57,197 nucleotides of DNA from Phoronis australis. Lineage: Eukaryota; Animalia; Phoronida. The position numbers were made by a program, and so were the translations under genes. How positions within the stretch are numbered: position 1 is the first letter of the stretch; each line of letters starts with the position of its first letter. The DNA lies in assembly GCA_002633005.1 (NCBI GenBank), contig NMRA01000223.1, positions 105,512 to 162,708 on the forward strand. The letters run 5' to 3'. Shown here piece after piece: positions 25,912-39,129 of the stretch. A model generated the notes under the pieces. The model saw only the letters and a list, made by a program, of their open reading frames with translations, was not told the DNA's origin and did not search any database.

Positions 25912-26419
25912 TATGCTAGAGCACAAGCCACTTAATCTTCTTTAACTGGATCTGCTCCCTTAGCTTCACAGGCAAATAATCCTTGTTTTGTGACTACAAA
26001 CGCGCGTTTCTGAGCTCAATAGAATTCATAGGTTCATGAGCTGCAGTTCATCAGTGCGTACGTTGTGTTGCCTGGGTAGCCTTCCTTATCCAACGATTGT
26101 TGAAGATACACTCTGCAATAAAGACAACGAAATTTAATAACATAGGGGTAAAAACTATCAGTATAAGACAACTCAACTTGCTGGATATTCATCGTGCTGT
26201 TTATACAACACCTTTTTTTAAAACTTACTGTCTTATATACGGAGCCTAGAAAATAGTCTTCAAACTCAGAACCTAACCAATCACTCTCCACAATTCAATT
26301 GCAAGACTAGTCTGCAAGTTTACTCCAAGCATGCACTGCAGTGGGTCAGTTTTCCACTTATTGTTTTGAATGAAGTTTTAATCATGGATTCACGGCATTT
26401 AAAACAATTTTATTCTACA

Positions 26420-28126
26420 GCATATAACATTATAACACATTATAAATGTATTTGTATTGAAGGCCTCTGGCCCAAAGTACAAAAAACAAAACAATTAATC
26501 AGGCACATTTGCACAAGCAGTCAACCCATTTAAGAGTTGTTCTCGTCTTTTAAGGGCAAAATACACATATTTAACAGCAGATATATCTGGATTAGCGAGC
26601 AGGCGTATACAGGATTCTTGAGTCGGATGCCTACATTGAAATTCCTTCATAAAACGTGACCTAAGTTCACAATATCCCTTGCAAACCAACAGGAAATGGT
26701 ATTCATCCTCTACAAGACCGTCATTGCAAGCCATACATAATATATTGTGGTTGGAGCAACGTAAACGAGTAAACGCTTGAATAAGACTGTTGTGTAGCGG
26801 TAACTTAAGATATGGTTCAAAACAGTACAGAGTCTTAAAGTTAGAGTAGAATTTAAGTTTTGCATTATGCTCAATTTCTGATCGCCAACCATGCTCATAA
26901 CAGTCATTAACTCTTTGCGCGAAGAAACTTAAAAACGAGACTTCGCACGTGACACCTTGATTCAACCAAATTTGATAAAAACCGTATTTTGATAGCAATT
27001 GTCTAACAGAAGATACCCAAGTATTTCCTCCATTCCTATCTAAATCAACTAACATGTCATAAGGCGCTTTATCGTATCTAGTAGGTGGCATTTTCAATAA
27101 CTTTAGCCAATATTTTACACACGTGACATAATACTTTGCATAGAGCGGATAAATTCCACATTCACCCAATACAGCTGCGTTTGAGCAAGAGTTTCCAACT
27201 CCAAGAGCAATTTTACAGAAATTAACATAAACATTTTCAAGCCATTCGTATTCTTTGAATCCCCAGATTTCCGCGTCGTAGCACATAGTTGGTACAGCAA
27301 TTTTATCAAACAGTTCAAGTGATAGGCTCAATGGTAATTCCGTGCATCGGTTTCTAATTTTAGAGATAGACATAGCATCTTTACTACCTTGACGTGCCAG
27401 AGTTTTAGTGGCTTTGGACCAGAATAATCTTGGTGTGAAAAATATTCCAAGATATTTATATTGGGAGACAACCTCCACTACTTGGTTTCCATAATACCAC
27501 TTCTCATACGTTTGAGTGGCCCGCCATTTCTAAAAACAACGATCTTAGTTTTTTTCAGATTTACACTCATGCCCCAAGAAGAGCAATAATCATAAAGGCA
27601 ATTTAACATTCTTTGCAAATTAATTTGAGTGCTCGAACACAGAACCATGTCATCAGCATACAACAGCGATTTGACGTGCGGAGCCTCTTCATTGATATAA
27701 ATCCCTCTAATATTTTGGGCATTATCTAGGACTTCGATAAATTCGTTCAGATACATGATAAATAATAGTGGGCTGATCATACACCCTTGTCTGGTGCCGA
27801 CAGAACAGTCAAAAAAGTCGGTAAACCCTTCTCGGGTCCTTACGCATGAACGTAATTTGCTGTACATGGATTTCAAGATTTTAAGTACGTTACCATGGAC
27901 ACCAATTTTTTGTAATCTATACCAGAGTAGCATGTGGGGAACTCTGTCAAACGCCTTCGAAAAGTCGACAAAAGCACAATAAAAACGACCCCCGGGCTTA
28001 GTGATATATTTTTGGCACATGGCCTGAAGCGTAAACATTTGGTCCTGAGTGCAATAGCCCTTGCGGAATCCCGCCTGTGATTCACGAAGTTCGTCATTTG
28101 CCTCAGCCCAGGTCCTAAGCCGGTTG
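26420..28126 (-). mobile_element. non-LTR retrotransposon (LINE, RTEX/CR1-group-like), 3' portion: RT plus C-terminal CCHC, frameshifted near 27478
   Basis: FVDFSKAFDRV, GTRQGCMISPLLF, LLYADD, YKYLG and CMAC...EDEYHFLLVC in ORFs 27478-28038 and 26495-27478. AT-rich 3' tail at ~26420-26460; the 5' part runs into the gap. Confidence 0.93.
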
Positions 28127-28845
28127 NNNNNNNNNNNNNNNNNNNNNNNNNNNNNNNNNNNNNNNNNNNNNNNNNNNNNNNNNNNNNNNNNNNNNNNNNN
28201 NNNNNNNNNNNNNNNNNNNNNNNNNNNNNNNNNNNNNNNNNNNNNNNNNNNNNNNNNNNNNNNNNNNNNNNNNNNNNNNNNNNNNNNNNNNNNNNNNNNN
28301 NNNNNNNNNNNNNNNNNNNNNNNNNNNNNNNNNNNNNNNNNNNNNNNNNNNNNNNNNNNNNNNNNNNNNNNNNNNNNNNNNNNNNNNNNNNNNNNNNNNN
28401 NNNNNNNNNNNNNNNNNNNNNNNNNNNNNNNNNNNNNNNNNNNNNNNNNNNNNNNNNNNNNNNNNNNNNNNNNNNNNNNNNNNNNNNNNNNNNNNNNNNN
28501 NNNNNNNNNNNNNNNNNNNNNNNNNNNNNNNNNNNNNNNNNNNNNNNNNNNNNNNNNNNNNNNNNNNNNNNNNNNNNNNNNNNNNNNNNNNNNNNNNNNN
28601 NNNNNNNNNNNNNNNNNNNNNNNNNNNNNNNNNNNNNNNNNNNNNNNNNNNNNNNNNNNNNNNNNNNNNNNNNNNNNNNNNNNNNNNNNNNNNNNNNNNN
28701 NNNNNNNNNNNNNNNNNNNNNNNNNNNNNNNNNNNNNNNNNNNNNNNNNNNNNNNNNNNNNNNNNNNNNNNNNNNNNNNNNNNNNNNNNNNNNNNNNNNN
28801 NNNNNNNNNNNNNNNNNNNNNNNNNNNNNNNNNNNNNNNNNNNNN
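28127..28845. other. assembly gap
   Basis: Run of N. Confidence 1.
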
Positions 28846-30099
28846 GCGAAAACTTGCCGACTGATGCGTCGCTGAATCGCGATCGTCAATAGAAAAACTT
28901 GTACTCTTGAATAAAAATATAGTTTCGACTCAACAAATTACCTGAAATCTTCCTGATGTTTTACAATTTTTAAAGTTCATGTGGAGTCCAGATTAATTGC
29001 GATTAAGTCCAAATGTGCGCTACATCGTACTCCGCAACACGAGAAAAATCTCTGGATGAACACACATGTTGTTGTCGCGTGACGTTTGTTTTGAAGGTCG
29101 TCTGCGTATGAGAGTGAGTGAGCGTGCGTGTGCGGGTCATCGACTTTTTTGTTACAAAAGGCGGAGGATTGTGCAAGAAAATGGTGTTTACTAGATTGTT
29201 TTTCGCTTAAACGGCTGTAACGTGCAAGGTGAGTGCTAGTTAACTCAAAGATTTTGTGTGCACAGGCCGACTGTCGTTAGCTCTGCCGTGGAGTATTAAT
29301 AGTCCAAGGCTCGATCTACATGTTGGGGACGAAATGAACTACCCGGGCTGTGTGAAATTTCTGGGTCTAACGGAGACACTGACGCAGTGGTCAGTCAGAT
29401 CGCTGTACCAAGACTATAGTCAAAATCCAAATTCGTTTTATCGTGTCCCTGTCAATAATAACGGCATTTTAAAGCCTTCTTAATTTTCGTTCTTCAGGAA
29501 CATAACAATCACGTGTTTTGTACACATACAGTAGGCGCACGCCGCAGATCGCATCTCGGAAATTGCCGATTTGACGGATGACAATGAATGAACACAATGA
29601 AATTAACAACGTCGTTTTACATCTTGTAAGATTCATAATAAACCTATTTTGAATATTGCAATGCATATGTTCCAAAATCTAAATAACTTGGGACCTATAT
29701 TTTTGTATTAGTGCGCGCCGAATGAAAGTAATCGTGAGTGTTGCTGTGTTGCAAAATCTCTTATCCTGGGCCGATTTGAAAAATTCAAAGTTGTACTCAT
29801 ATTTGTTTTCGCCCCTCTTTTCAACTATTACAGTAAAAACTACGTAAATCTCTCTCCATAAAAAGTACAGTCTGCTAGCTAGATTGTAATCAGCTGATCA
29901 TATCCGCATGAGCGAAGCCAATTATCCTCGCTGGTGACTCGATGACTAGAGCAGCTTGGCGGCATCCCTTTGATCGTGAGCCGAGTGCGACTCAGCCAAG
30001 GTGGATAAATACGATCTACTTCAATTTTCCATACCCCACCGTTTACCTTAACCACTGGGGTTAGAACCAATCGTATTTAGTGGGAATGTTCATAGCATG
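28846..30099 (+). repeat. interspersed repeat R, copy A
   Basis: 28846-29670 matches 39607-40410; 29646-30099 is nearly identical to 48178-48632. Confidence 0.9.
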
Positions 30100-30888
30100 T
30101 AGAGCTCACACGGCCTCGGTGTCTCGTCAATTAGTTTTATTGCGCCTAAAGCCGGTAACGCAGTGACTATTTATTGCTGGCTTCTGAAATCATTTCGTGC
30201 ACTCACGAACACTCCAAAAGCATTTCAAATTACATCTAATGAGACAGACTTTGTTTCACTTTTATATAAGTATTGGTTAGATTGAGAATAATTCATTTTG
30301 AAACAGAACGGTAAGTAATAAACGCCAACATGGCAACTGGCAATCCTGACTTAGGACGAGCTAGAGCGGCTCATCAATCCCGATTTCGCCGGTGGATCGT
30401 TAAGTCTTACAGGCTATCAATTCGAACAGGAATACAGTAATGAAGAAATACTAAAGAGGCGCCGTGAACAAGCTCTGACAACGGAACGTATGGAGTTATT
30501 TGGTAAGCCGGCATTCGTGAGGCACTGTCGACGTTACGGTCTGCAGGCCACAGACACGGAGATGTCATACTTGCTATTTACATTTCTTTCTTCACTACCA
30601 TGAGCCATTTCCTAAGCATTTCGGACTCTCGAGGAAGTTAAAAAAAAAACGATATACTCGCTTTCCTCGCAGCTGCTTAGTTCGGACAAGCGGGAACGAT
30701 ACACTGCAACATAGCGGCATTCACTATGCATATGAACCACTGACGTCGCTAGCGTCGTTTCTCACCTTCCTCACAGCTTAACGCGACACCTCTTGGCAAG
30801 GTAAGGTCGACCGTACGCTAGGCGATGTGGAAATAGACCGATTAAGACGGCAAAAAGACTAATTAAATCGGGTGGCATTAGCCTTTAA
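30100..30888. mobile_element. Kolobok-like non-autonomous DNA transposon fragment
   Basis: Right end GGGTGGCATTAGCCT|TTAA (TTAA followed by AGG on the minus strand); weak inverted match near 30129-30157. Internal relic GYQFEQEYSNEEILKRRR resembles the PYxFEP N-terminal motif of KolX/P2X7-ballast-like proteins. Confidence 0.45.
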
Positions 30889-31470
30889 ATTGACTTGACC
30901 AAATGGCTACAAGATTCAGTGAGTTTGTTAAAGAGTATAAGCCCATTGGCTAAACCGAGGACATATTTCATATTGTTTCAAATTCAAACCCTGATAGCAG
31001 CACTATTTTCAACTCAACAAGGAAACACATGAGGCATTAAATGCCATGTAGATGCCAAGTTAATAGAGACCTGAAAACGATGATATATTAGAAAACACAA
31101 CAGTATGTGACAGCTTCTTAGAATCCAGACATAACCCATGTACAGGAAATGTTATCCACGGCAGTTGGGCGGATTCAGGATTTTGAGTTGAGGGGTTAGG
31201 CCAGTGTATTAGACAGGGTTTTGCCCATCAGACATTCACCGACATACGACTTTTTCTTCGAAATTGACTGTCGATCTTAAAATTGCGTTAATTATTTGCT
31301 GTAACATTTACCGTAATAACAATTAAAGCTCCGAGCCAAGTTACCAGTACAACAAAGTACTGTCCCTTCCAGCTTTACTGGCAGCAACATCAACATTTTG
31401 CACTCATTGAAAACCAAGCAATTGTTAACGTTCTCAATTCTTGTAATACTATCCCTACTAGAGTTACATT

Positions 31471-32673
31471 ATTACCCTGCGCGTGTAAGCGCAGAGTACT
31501 GTTGTTCCTGGGTTTTCTTCAATTTTATTCTTATTCGTATTCTTATTCTTAGTCTTCTTATTCTTATTCTTATTCTTCTTATTCTTCTTCCGACTATCTT
31601 TGAGGCTTAATCACTCCAAATTGGGTGCAGGTACGGTCTTTAAATTCAGCACATGACTTTGGACAGTATAAACATTTTGAATGGTTACTGTATATAATCA
31701 TATTCCATATTGCACCGGAAAAGGTCGTTTGGTGTGAAGATCATATAGTTTTCAAAATGCTACTCCTCCTTCAGTTTTAAAGCTATCTTATTGAAGAAGG
31801 TCAAAGGTCATTAGGTGTAAATTAAAATTTTGAGCTAGACACTTCAAATTGACAGGTGTGATTGCCACAGGTAAATCAAATCGGAATTCAAAGTTTCAGG
31901 TCATTTAGTGCAACCATGGGGTCATTAGGTGCATTTTTCTTCTGAAAATTTGACCTATTCTATCAGCAAGTATTATGATGTGTCAACCGTTAGACAACTG
32001 TGATTCTCAGCGTTAAACACATTTTCCATGGGCTTTGCAATCATTCTCCTAAATATGCTTAAAATGCACCGGATGAGGTCAATTAGAGCAAAGGTCATGT
32101 AACGTTCAAAATGTTACATGTCTTACGTTTTTCAAGGAATTCTTTTCAATTTCAGCACACTGGTGTAAGTCACCAGGCCAATTGAATACCCTACTTTACT
32201 TTGCAATAAGCTTTAAAAAATAGGTCAAAGGTCATTGAGTGCAAACTAAAATTTTGAGCTAGAGACTTCATAATTGCGTATCTGTTTACCAAGTGCGATT
32301 GAGATTGAATTTTAAATTTTCAGGTCATTTGGTGCACCCATGGGGTCATTAGGTCCATTTTTCTTCTGAAAGTTTGACCACTTCATTCATCTTGTATTCT
32401 GAAGGGCTAAAAGTAAAAACATCTGTGATTATTAGCATTAACCACACTCTTAATCGAGTTAAAATTACTCTCTCATCCGGGGCTCTTAATGCACCGGAAG
32501 AGGTCAATTGGTGGAAAGGTCATCAAAATTAATGTGTAATTTCTGCTACAATTTTAAAGAATTCTTTTTCATATAGGTAAACGGGTTGCTGTCAGTAACC
32601 TCCCATAATAATTCCAGTAATACGCACGCGCAGAGTCCGTTATTGTCACGCCGTGTCAATAATGTTTCTAGTT
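31471..32673 (+). mobile_element. Helentron-type non-autonomous element (HINE/DINE-1-like), subfamily A, complete
   Basis: 5' ACCCTGCGCGTG with partner GCGCAGAGT, then a (TTCTTA)n microsatellite and AGGTCAAAGGTCA core repeats. 3' sub-TIR CACGCGCAGAGT (32625-32636), hairpin TTATTGTCAC..GTGTCAATAA, ends CTAG|TT. Second copy at 52520-53590. Confidence 0.8.
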
Positions 32674-35470
32674 ATTGAATGGTAGTCCTAAGCTTGACCT
32701 CGTTCTCAATGAATTCCTCCTAAGCAACGTGAGTAAATTTTTATGTACCGTTTATCAGTATTGTTGCTTCTGATTTCCATTTCTAATAGCCTATCTAAGT
32801 ATTGGAGTACTTATATTAGACACTACTTAAATGTATATACCTCTATGTTTATTAGTTCAATTTATGAATGGTTTACAACCCAGATATAATGCTTCGCGAT
32901 TTCTATGTTTGTCATTATTTCTTTATATGATCAGTGTATTCTTCAATAAGATATATCACTTAAAAATGAAGAAACCAGGTCTCAATACAGGCATAGCCAG
33001 GGGAAGCAAAGGGTCATGTAACCAGTTGCATTCCACAATTGTCTCGTTCTACGTGTTCATTTAGTTGGCCCTTACGGTTACTGGGATTCGTTTCATGAAA
33101 GCCCTTACAACAATGAACTTAAGTTTTTCGTTGAAAACTTAAGTTTTTAGCGAAAAAACTTTGTGAAAATAACTGAAGTTTTAGAAGAAAAAAGTTCTTC
33201 CGAAAAACTTAAGTATTTAAAAGAAACTTAAGTTTTTAAAACTTAAGTTTTTGGAAAATAACTTATGTTTTAGAGGAAAAAATAAGCTCTTCCGAAAAAC
33301 TTAAGTGTTTGAAAGAAACTTAGGTTTTTAAAACTTAAGTTTTTAGCCAAAAACTTAAGTTTTTCACCACAGTGTTGAGTTTTTCAGAAAACCTAAGTTT
33401 TTCAGAAAATTTAAGTTTCAACTAATAACCTAAGTTTTCATGAAAACTTAAGTTTTTTTTAATAACAAAATTAAGTTTTTCTGATAACTTAATTTATCAC
33501 AAAACTTATGTTTTTGTAATTTCAAAAACTTAAGTTTTCCTGACTTCTTTTAAGTTTTTCAGAAAACTGGATTTTTTCATTCGTGGAAAACTTGAATTTT
33601 ATTGAAACTCTAAGCTCTCTATGTGATGAAAAATTACGTTTTCAAGTTTTTAAAATTTGAATATTGTGAGATATTTTATTTCTGGTTCGAAATTTTTCCC
33701 ATTGTTTTACAACAAAAATTTATTGTTTGCTTATGCTAAATCCATCATCTCAAAATGTTGCCCGAATGTTTCCTTAACTTTTATTTAGATACAAACCATA
33801 AAACGATGAGTTAACCTGGTCCGTACAGAATTAGTGCAGTTATGTAACCATTACGGCACGTCTATGTGAATTTAAATGTAGTCGAACATCCGGTGACCAA
33901 CAGTAGTACGAATGCACCCAATGTTAATCCCCCGAGACACTGACCTGGTCAGTACAATGTAATTAATGGGACTCGTGCAATTCTTAAAAAACGTAGTTAT
34001 TGTGCAACTTTCCTTTGTGTTGAGTTGTATTCGTAATGCAGTTTCCAGCGGAAGTCAACAGTTTGAATTTTATAACCGATAGTCAACTTCGAAGAAAAAG
34101 TCGTGTGTTGGCTAGCCCGTGACAATGAAGTATACATTACTGCGAGCAGAGCCAGCAAGAAGACATTTCAGAGGTTTTGGTAGTCAGGTTAGTGCCAGAG
34201 AGCGTTCTAAAATCGATTGGCCACAATCGGTGCTGTGATTTCCAACGTTATTGTCAGCCACTCACGAGTCACGCTGTCACTTACCGACATGGACTCATTC
34301 TGTGTGTGAATTATCTAAACTTCTAACGTGTAATATACTTCTGGAGGTCCATCAGAGGAAGCCATAACGTTCGCGTAAGGCTATTACTCTATTATATTTC
34401 TGTCTTCTGAGGTTGTGTCAGTGTGATCAATGCAAGGGGGGGGACTACCAAGGCAAAGTGTAATCATTTCCCAAGTTGGGTATATTGGCATTTGATGTGG
34501 GTTGTTATGTCTATGTTCGTAGTAATTTTTGAAATTTCATATCACTACAGGTCAATAATTTGCAAGGTTCACTTGCCTCATCCACGCACCAATCCTAAAA
34601 TATGGGGGGTGCTCATATTTTTGGGCATGTTGACTTTTTACTAAAAAACGTGGTGTGTTCAGAGCTGTGCACAGTGCATTCCTGAATTACAGCTTTTTAG
34701 TGGACTCGCGTCTCGTTTTCTCATTTTTTGGTTCTATGAGGCTGGCCTTTTCATGCCCACTTCGGCAAGTGGGGGGTGCTCGTTCGAGCCTCCCCTGGGT
34801 GCGCGCATGTGCCTGGCTCTCAAAATTAAGAATAACCAATGTAACTATTGTATTGCCTATTTTGATTGATTTGCTCGGGTTTGTCGGGAGGATCTAGGTT
34901 ATTGAATGCGAAAGGACATCCCGATCCCACTACTAGTACCCTATCTGGAATACCCCCGGCATAGGTCAAAATGTACCCAAGTCAACATGTTAACTATTGT
35001 TAAGCACAGTAAAACTTGCATAATTCCTATCTAATTGCACCAAATAATTCAATGCATATAAGGAAAATCTGTGTGATTTGACTTTGGGATTGAGTATTGG
35101 CTTTCGAAATTTTACCGGGTTGTGGAAAATTTGAATGTCGCAAAAGTTTGCATATTCAGACTTAAATTGTTCACATTCAATGCGAGTTCGACTGGTTTTA
35201 TTGAAACCTAATATTTCAGTGTCATGGTTAAAGTGATAGTTAATTCGGGTACAACTTTACCTAGGAGCTGAGTTGAGTTGATGGACTGACTAGAATGATC
35301 TCCTCATGTCTGTAGGGGCATATTCTTTTCCCTCTAGAAATTTGCTTGGAACCTCAATTTAATATCTTTGCAAATGTCAGCCAGTAAAGTGAGTGGTAGG
35401 AGTACAGGATATAGTATTTTATGTTTACAGTAGTACATGAGTTAATAATTTTATTTTTTACTGTAAACTA

Positions 35471-35987
35471 TTATGGTTACCTCTCGTGAAGACCATGCCA
35501 GTATCTTCAATGGTGGATTCAGAGGACAGCTAAGGGGCCAGGGCCCCGGCCTCCTAAAATGCTATAAGATCATTTGGCAGTTGGGGGGGGGCAAGGGGTG
35601 AATGTCTGATGGGCAGAGCTCTACCTAATACTCTGCCCTAACACCGCAACTTAAAATCCTGGATCCGCCCGACAGCCCCTGATCTTTGCATGGATAACAT
35701 TCTCTGTAAATGGGTTATGTCTGGATTCTTATGGTTACGTAAGACCTCTCGTGAAGACCATGCCAGTATCTTCAATGGTGGATTCAGATTACAGCTAAGG
35801 GGGTATGCACCCGGCCCCCTAAAATGCTACAAGATCAATTTGGCAGTTGGGCGGCAGGGGGTGAATGTCTGATGGACGAAACCCTACTCTGCCCCAACCC
35901 CCCAACTCAAAATCCTGCCCCCCCCCCAACGCCCCTGATCTTTACATGGATAACATTCTCTGTAAAGGTGTTATGTCAGGATTCTTA
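35471..35987 (+). repeat. tandem duplication, 2 x ~258 bp, inside foldback copy 3
   Basis: TTATGGTTAC..CCTCTCGTGAAGACCATGCCAGTATCTTCAATGGTGGATTCAG...GGATAACATTCTCTGTAAA occurs twice (35471 and 35728). Confidence 0.9.
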
Positions 35988-37247
35988 AAAAGCATACTGT
36001 TATATTTGCTATTACCTCATTGTTTTCAGGTGTCTATTAACTTGGCGGAGTACTTGGAAGAACTAGACATCAAAACATTTGCATCGAAACAATCACCCAG
36101 GGGTGGTATTGGAATGTTTACTTCGACGTGGCAGGTAGAGCTTCATATGTTTCATTGTTGAGTTAAAAATAGTGCTGCTATCAGGGTTTGAATTTGAAAC
36201 AATATGATATATGTCTTTGGTTTAGCCAATGGGCTTATAATCTTTAACAGGCTCACTGATTCTTGTAGTCATTTGGTCAAGTCAATGTAAAGCTTCTTAG
36301 TTTTGCTATAACTTTCAAAAACTACACTCGGAAGTATACGTGTGATATTAAACTTTCCGTTCTAATCCTGGTTTTGCCGGCTAAATGTCCATGAAGCATT
36401 AGTAAGAAGTTCTACCCTGGCTTGAGAGAGATAGTTAAAATACAACTAGCTCTGCTCATTATGTAGAGTTGTGCCTTTTCTTATCAGATTAACGAATTAA
36501 ACAATGATAAGTTCATAAAAATAATGGTAATTGTAGTTTATTGCAGTTGCCAACAGTTTCACCATTTGATAACAATTATTAATTAATTTGTCATAGAACT
36601 TCAACTAAAAATACAGAACACGATATCTGGTTAGCCTGAAATCCAATTTTATTAACACATTAAGTTTTGTCATATGCACGGTTTGTTCTAGATTGTGATA
36701 GCATGATAAGTGACCATGTGCATGTTTTATATTCAAGTTGTATAGACTAAAATTGTTCTGAATGTTGCGAATCCAGGATTAAAACTTAATTCAAAACAGT
36801 ATGTGGAAAACTGACCCACTGCAGTGTATGCTTGAAGTAAACTTGCAGACTAGTCTTGCACTTGAATCTTGGAGAGTGATTGGTTAAATTTTGAGTTTGA
36901 AGACTATTTTTAGGCTCTGTATATAAGTCAGGAAGTTTTACAAATTAGTGTTGTATAAACAGCACGATAAATATCCAACAAGTTAAGTTGTCTTATACTG
37001 ATAGCTTTTACTCTTCTGTTATTATTTTTTTTGGCTTTATTGTAGAGTGTGCCTTCAACAATCGCCGGAGAAGGAAGGCTACACAGACCACGCAACTTAC
37101 GCACTTACGAACTGCAACTCATGAACATATGAATTCAATATGAGCTCAGAAACGTGTATTTGTAGTCACAAAACATGGATTATTTGCCTGTGAAGCTAAG
37201 CGAGCAGATCCAGGTAAAGAAGATTAAATGGCTTGTGGTTTACCATA

Positions 37248-37744
37248 GGGCCCTTTCACATTGACTTAACTCTTGTCTGAGCGGAGCATCGGCGTACACT
37301 GCGAAGTTAACTGAACCGTTCATTCTGGCTTCGGTAGTTAATGAACTTCGAAGTAAACAGTTGGTGACGCTGTCGTGATCGAAAGTATCGCAAGGTAGCA
37401 CTGCACGCTAAGATGTGACAAGTTGGGAACATTTACATGTGTTAATTGACATAAAACTTATTTTTAAATTGATTGGTGATTATTATAGCAAGGCATAAGC
37501 AACTATTAGCCATCGCACTACTATGCAATTGTTAATGATAACAGTTGCCCCTGGCAATAACTTCGATGGGACTAAAGTTGATCGTTTATACAGCGTGGCA
37601 GCGTTGACGCTAAGCAATTAATTCCACCTGTTTAGTGCGAAGTTAACTGGCGATGTTAACTTCCTTCCTAGACTAAAATGTAAGCGTTCATACTGACATT
37701 AACTCCCAAAAACGTCGAAGCGTCGATGTTAGTATGAAAGGCCC
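37248..37744. mobile_element. MITE, inverted counterpart of 25422-25911
   Basis: TA|GGGCCCTTTCAC...GAAAGGCCC|TA at the same position within the foldback element. Confidence 0.85.
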
Positions 37745-39129
37745 TATATGTGTATGAAATTCAGTAGCTTTAAATTATAGGAAAAAGAATAATTGTGTGG
37801 TCAAAGGTCTAAGTTTTCTAATTTCCATCTCGTATAACCAGGTTGTACTTAGGGTTACTTTTAGTGAAACTTGTTCGCACCATGGAGTGTATAGGATTTA
37901 CTGTTTTTATGATTGTCAACAAAACGAAACTTTGACTTTTAAATTGATAGGTTGATAAGGTTGCAAACAATTATAGGTGATTCTAGGCACTATTTCTAGC
38001 ACAAGGATTGTACTTCCCAAAATCAGGCCTGTGGCCCTTGTCGATAAACTTTTAGTTACCTATTATGTTTTATGTTATGCTTTTGTCTCTGCGGATATTG
38101 TTGGATTTTGCATATTAAGTTATTTGTTATTCTTGGTGCCAATGCTGTAATTTTACTTGAAGAACTTTGCCGTTAAAACTTAGACTTTTGTTGTAGTCCT
38201 TCCTGGCTCTGTAATCACATTTTCTTTGGTTGTGTTTCATGATTTGGTAGTGATTTTTCTGTTTGTACATTCCATTTTGCTCCCTCAGTTATTGCATAAT
38301 TGTCATAGTCTGAGAACGATGGAAATAATGAATATATAATTAGCCTCATTTAGTTTTCACTGCATTGTATGCATGACAGTTGATGAACTGATTTTTGAAA
38401 TGTTTCTGGTTTTTAAGATTTTGATATTTCACTTATGTTCACTTATTTTAAGGAACTAGTGTATTTTAGGAAGTGCATTTTATTTTCTGCAATTAATCAC
38501 TGTTAATGAAATGTTAATAGCAGTCTAGTTTGTTAAATCTTGATGAGAATCATTAAATTTTTTACTGTACTCCACTCTTGTTTTAGTGAAAGTCGAAATT
38601 TTTGACTGTCTGTCCTAATGAAACTTATTTCTTTTAGAAAACTTCAGTTTTCCAAAGTTAGTTCCTTGAAAACCAATGTTCGGAAAACCTAGTTTTCAAA
38701 AAGTTAAGTTTTGATGACTCATGTTTGTTACTAAAAACTTGTTCCAAAACTAAAGTTTTTCAAAAACTTAAGTTTCTGAAACTTAAGTTTCTGAAACTTA
38801 AGTTTTCCAAAAACTTAAGTATTTTGGAACAAGTTTTTTGGAACGAACTTAAGTTTTTGAAAAACTTAAGTTTTCAGAACTCATTAAGTTATTGAAAACT
38901 TACGTGATGAAAACTTAAGTTCGTTCCAAAAACTTGTTCAAAATACTTAAGTTTTCGCCAAGAACCTAAATTTTCGGGAAGAAAAACTTCAGTTTATTTT
39001 TGTAAGGGGGTTACTAAAAGTAAGGAATACGGTCTTACACGAACACTCTCATTTCACAAATATTGATACAATCATCTTAGTAACTAGCAGTGCTGTGTAT
39101 ATTCTCGGTCTCTTAGACTTTTGCTCATG

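Larger units (their letters stand above)
24227..31230 (+). mobile_element. foldback-type non-coding element, copy 2 (intact left end; interrupted by MITE, LINE, repeat R and a Kolobok-like insert; right part lost)
   Basis: Starts CCCTTACCAAAATAAACTTAA followed by the AAAACTTAAGTTTT array. 24227-26418 is the reverse complement of ~36750-39008, and homology resumes at 30889-31230. Confidence 0.75.
33102..39008 (-). mobile_element. foldback-type non-coding element, copy 3, complete (~5.9 kb), inverted relative to copies 1 and 2
   Basis: Termini CCCTTACAACAATGAACTTAAG...AGTTTATTTTTGTAAGGG. AAAACTTAAGTTTT arrays at 33102-33650 and 38640-39008. No long ORF. Confidence 0.8.

Noticed and set aside
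27873-28889. Long ORFs of 338 and 267 aa
   Set aside because: Artefacts of translating through the N gap.
33076-39015. GGTTACT as target duplication of foldback copy 3
   Set aside because: The left copy is 19 bp away from the apparent terminus, so it does not directly flank the element.
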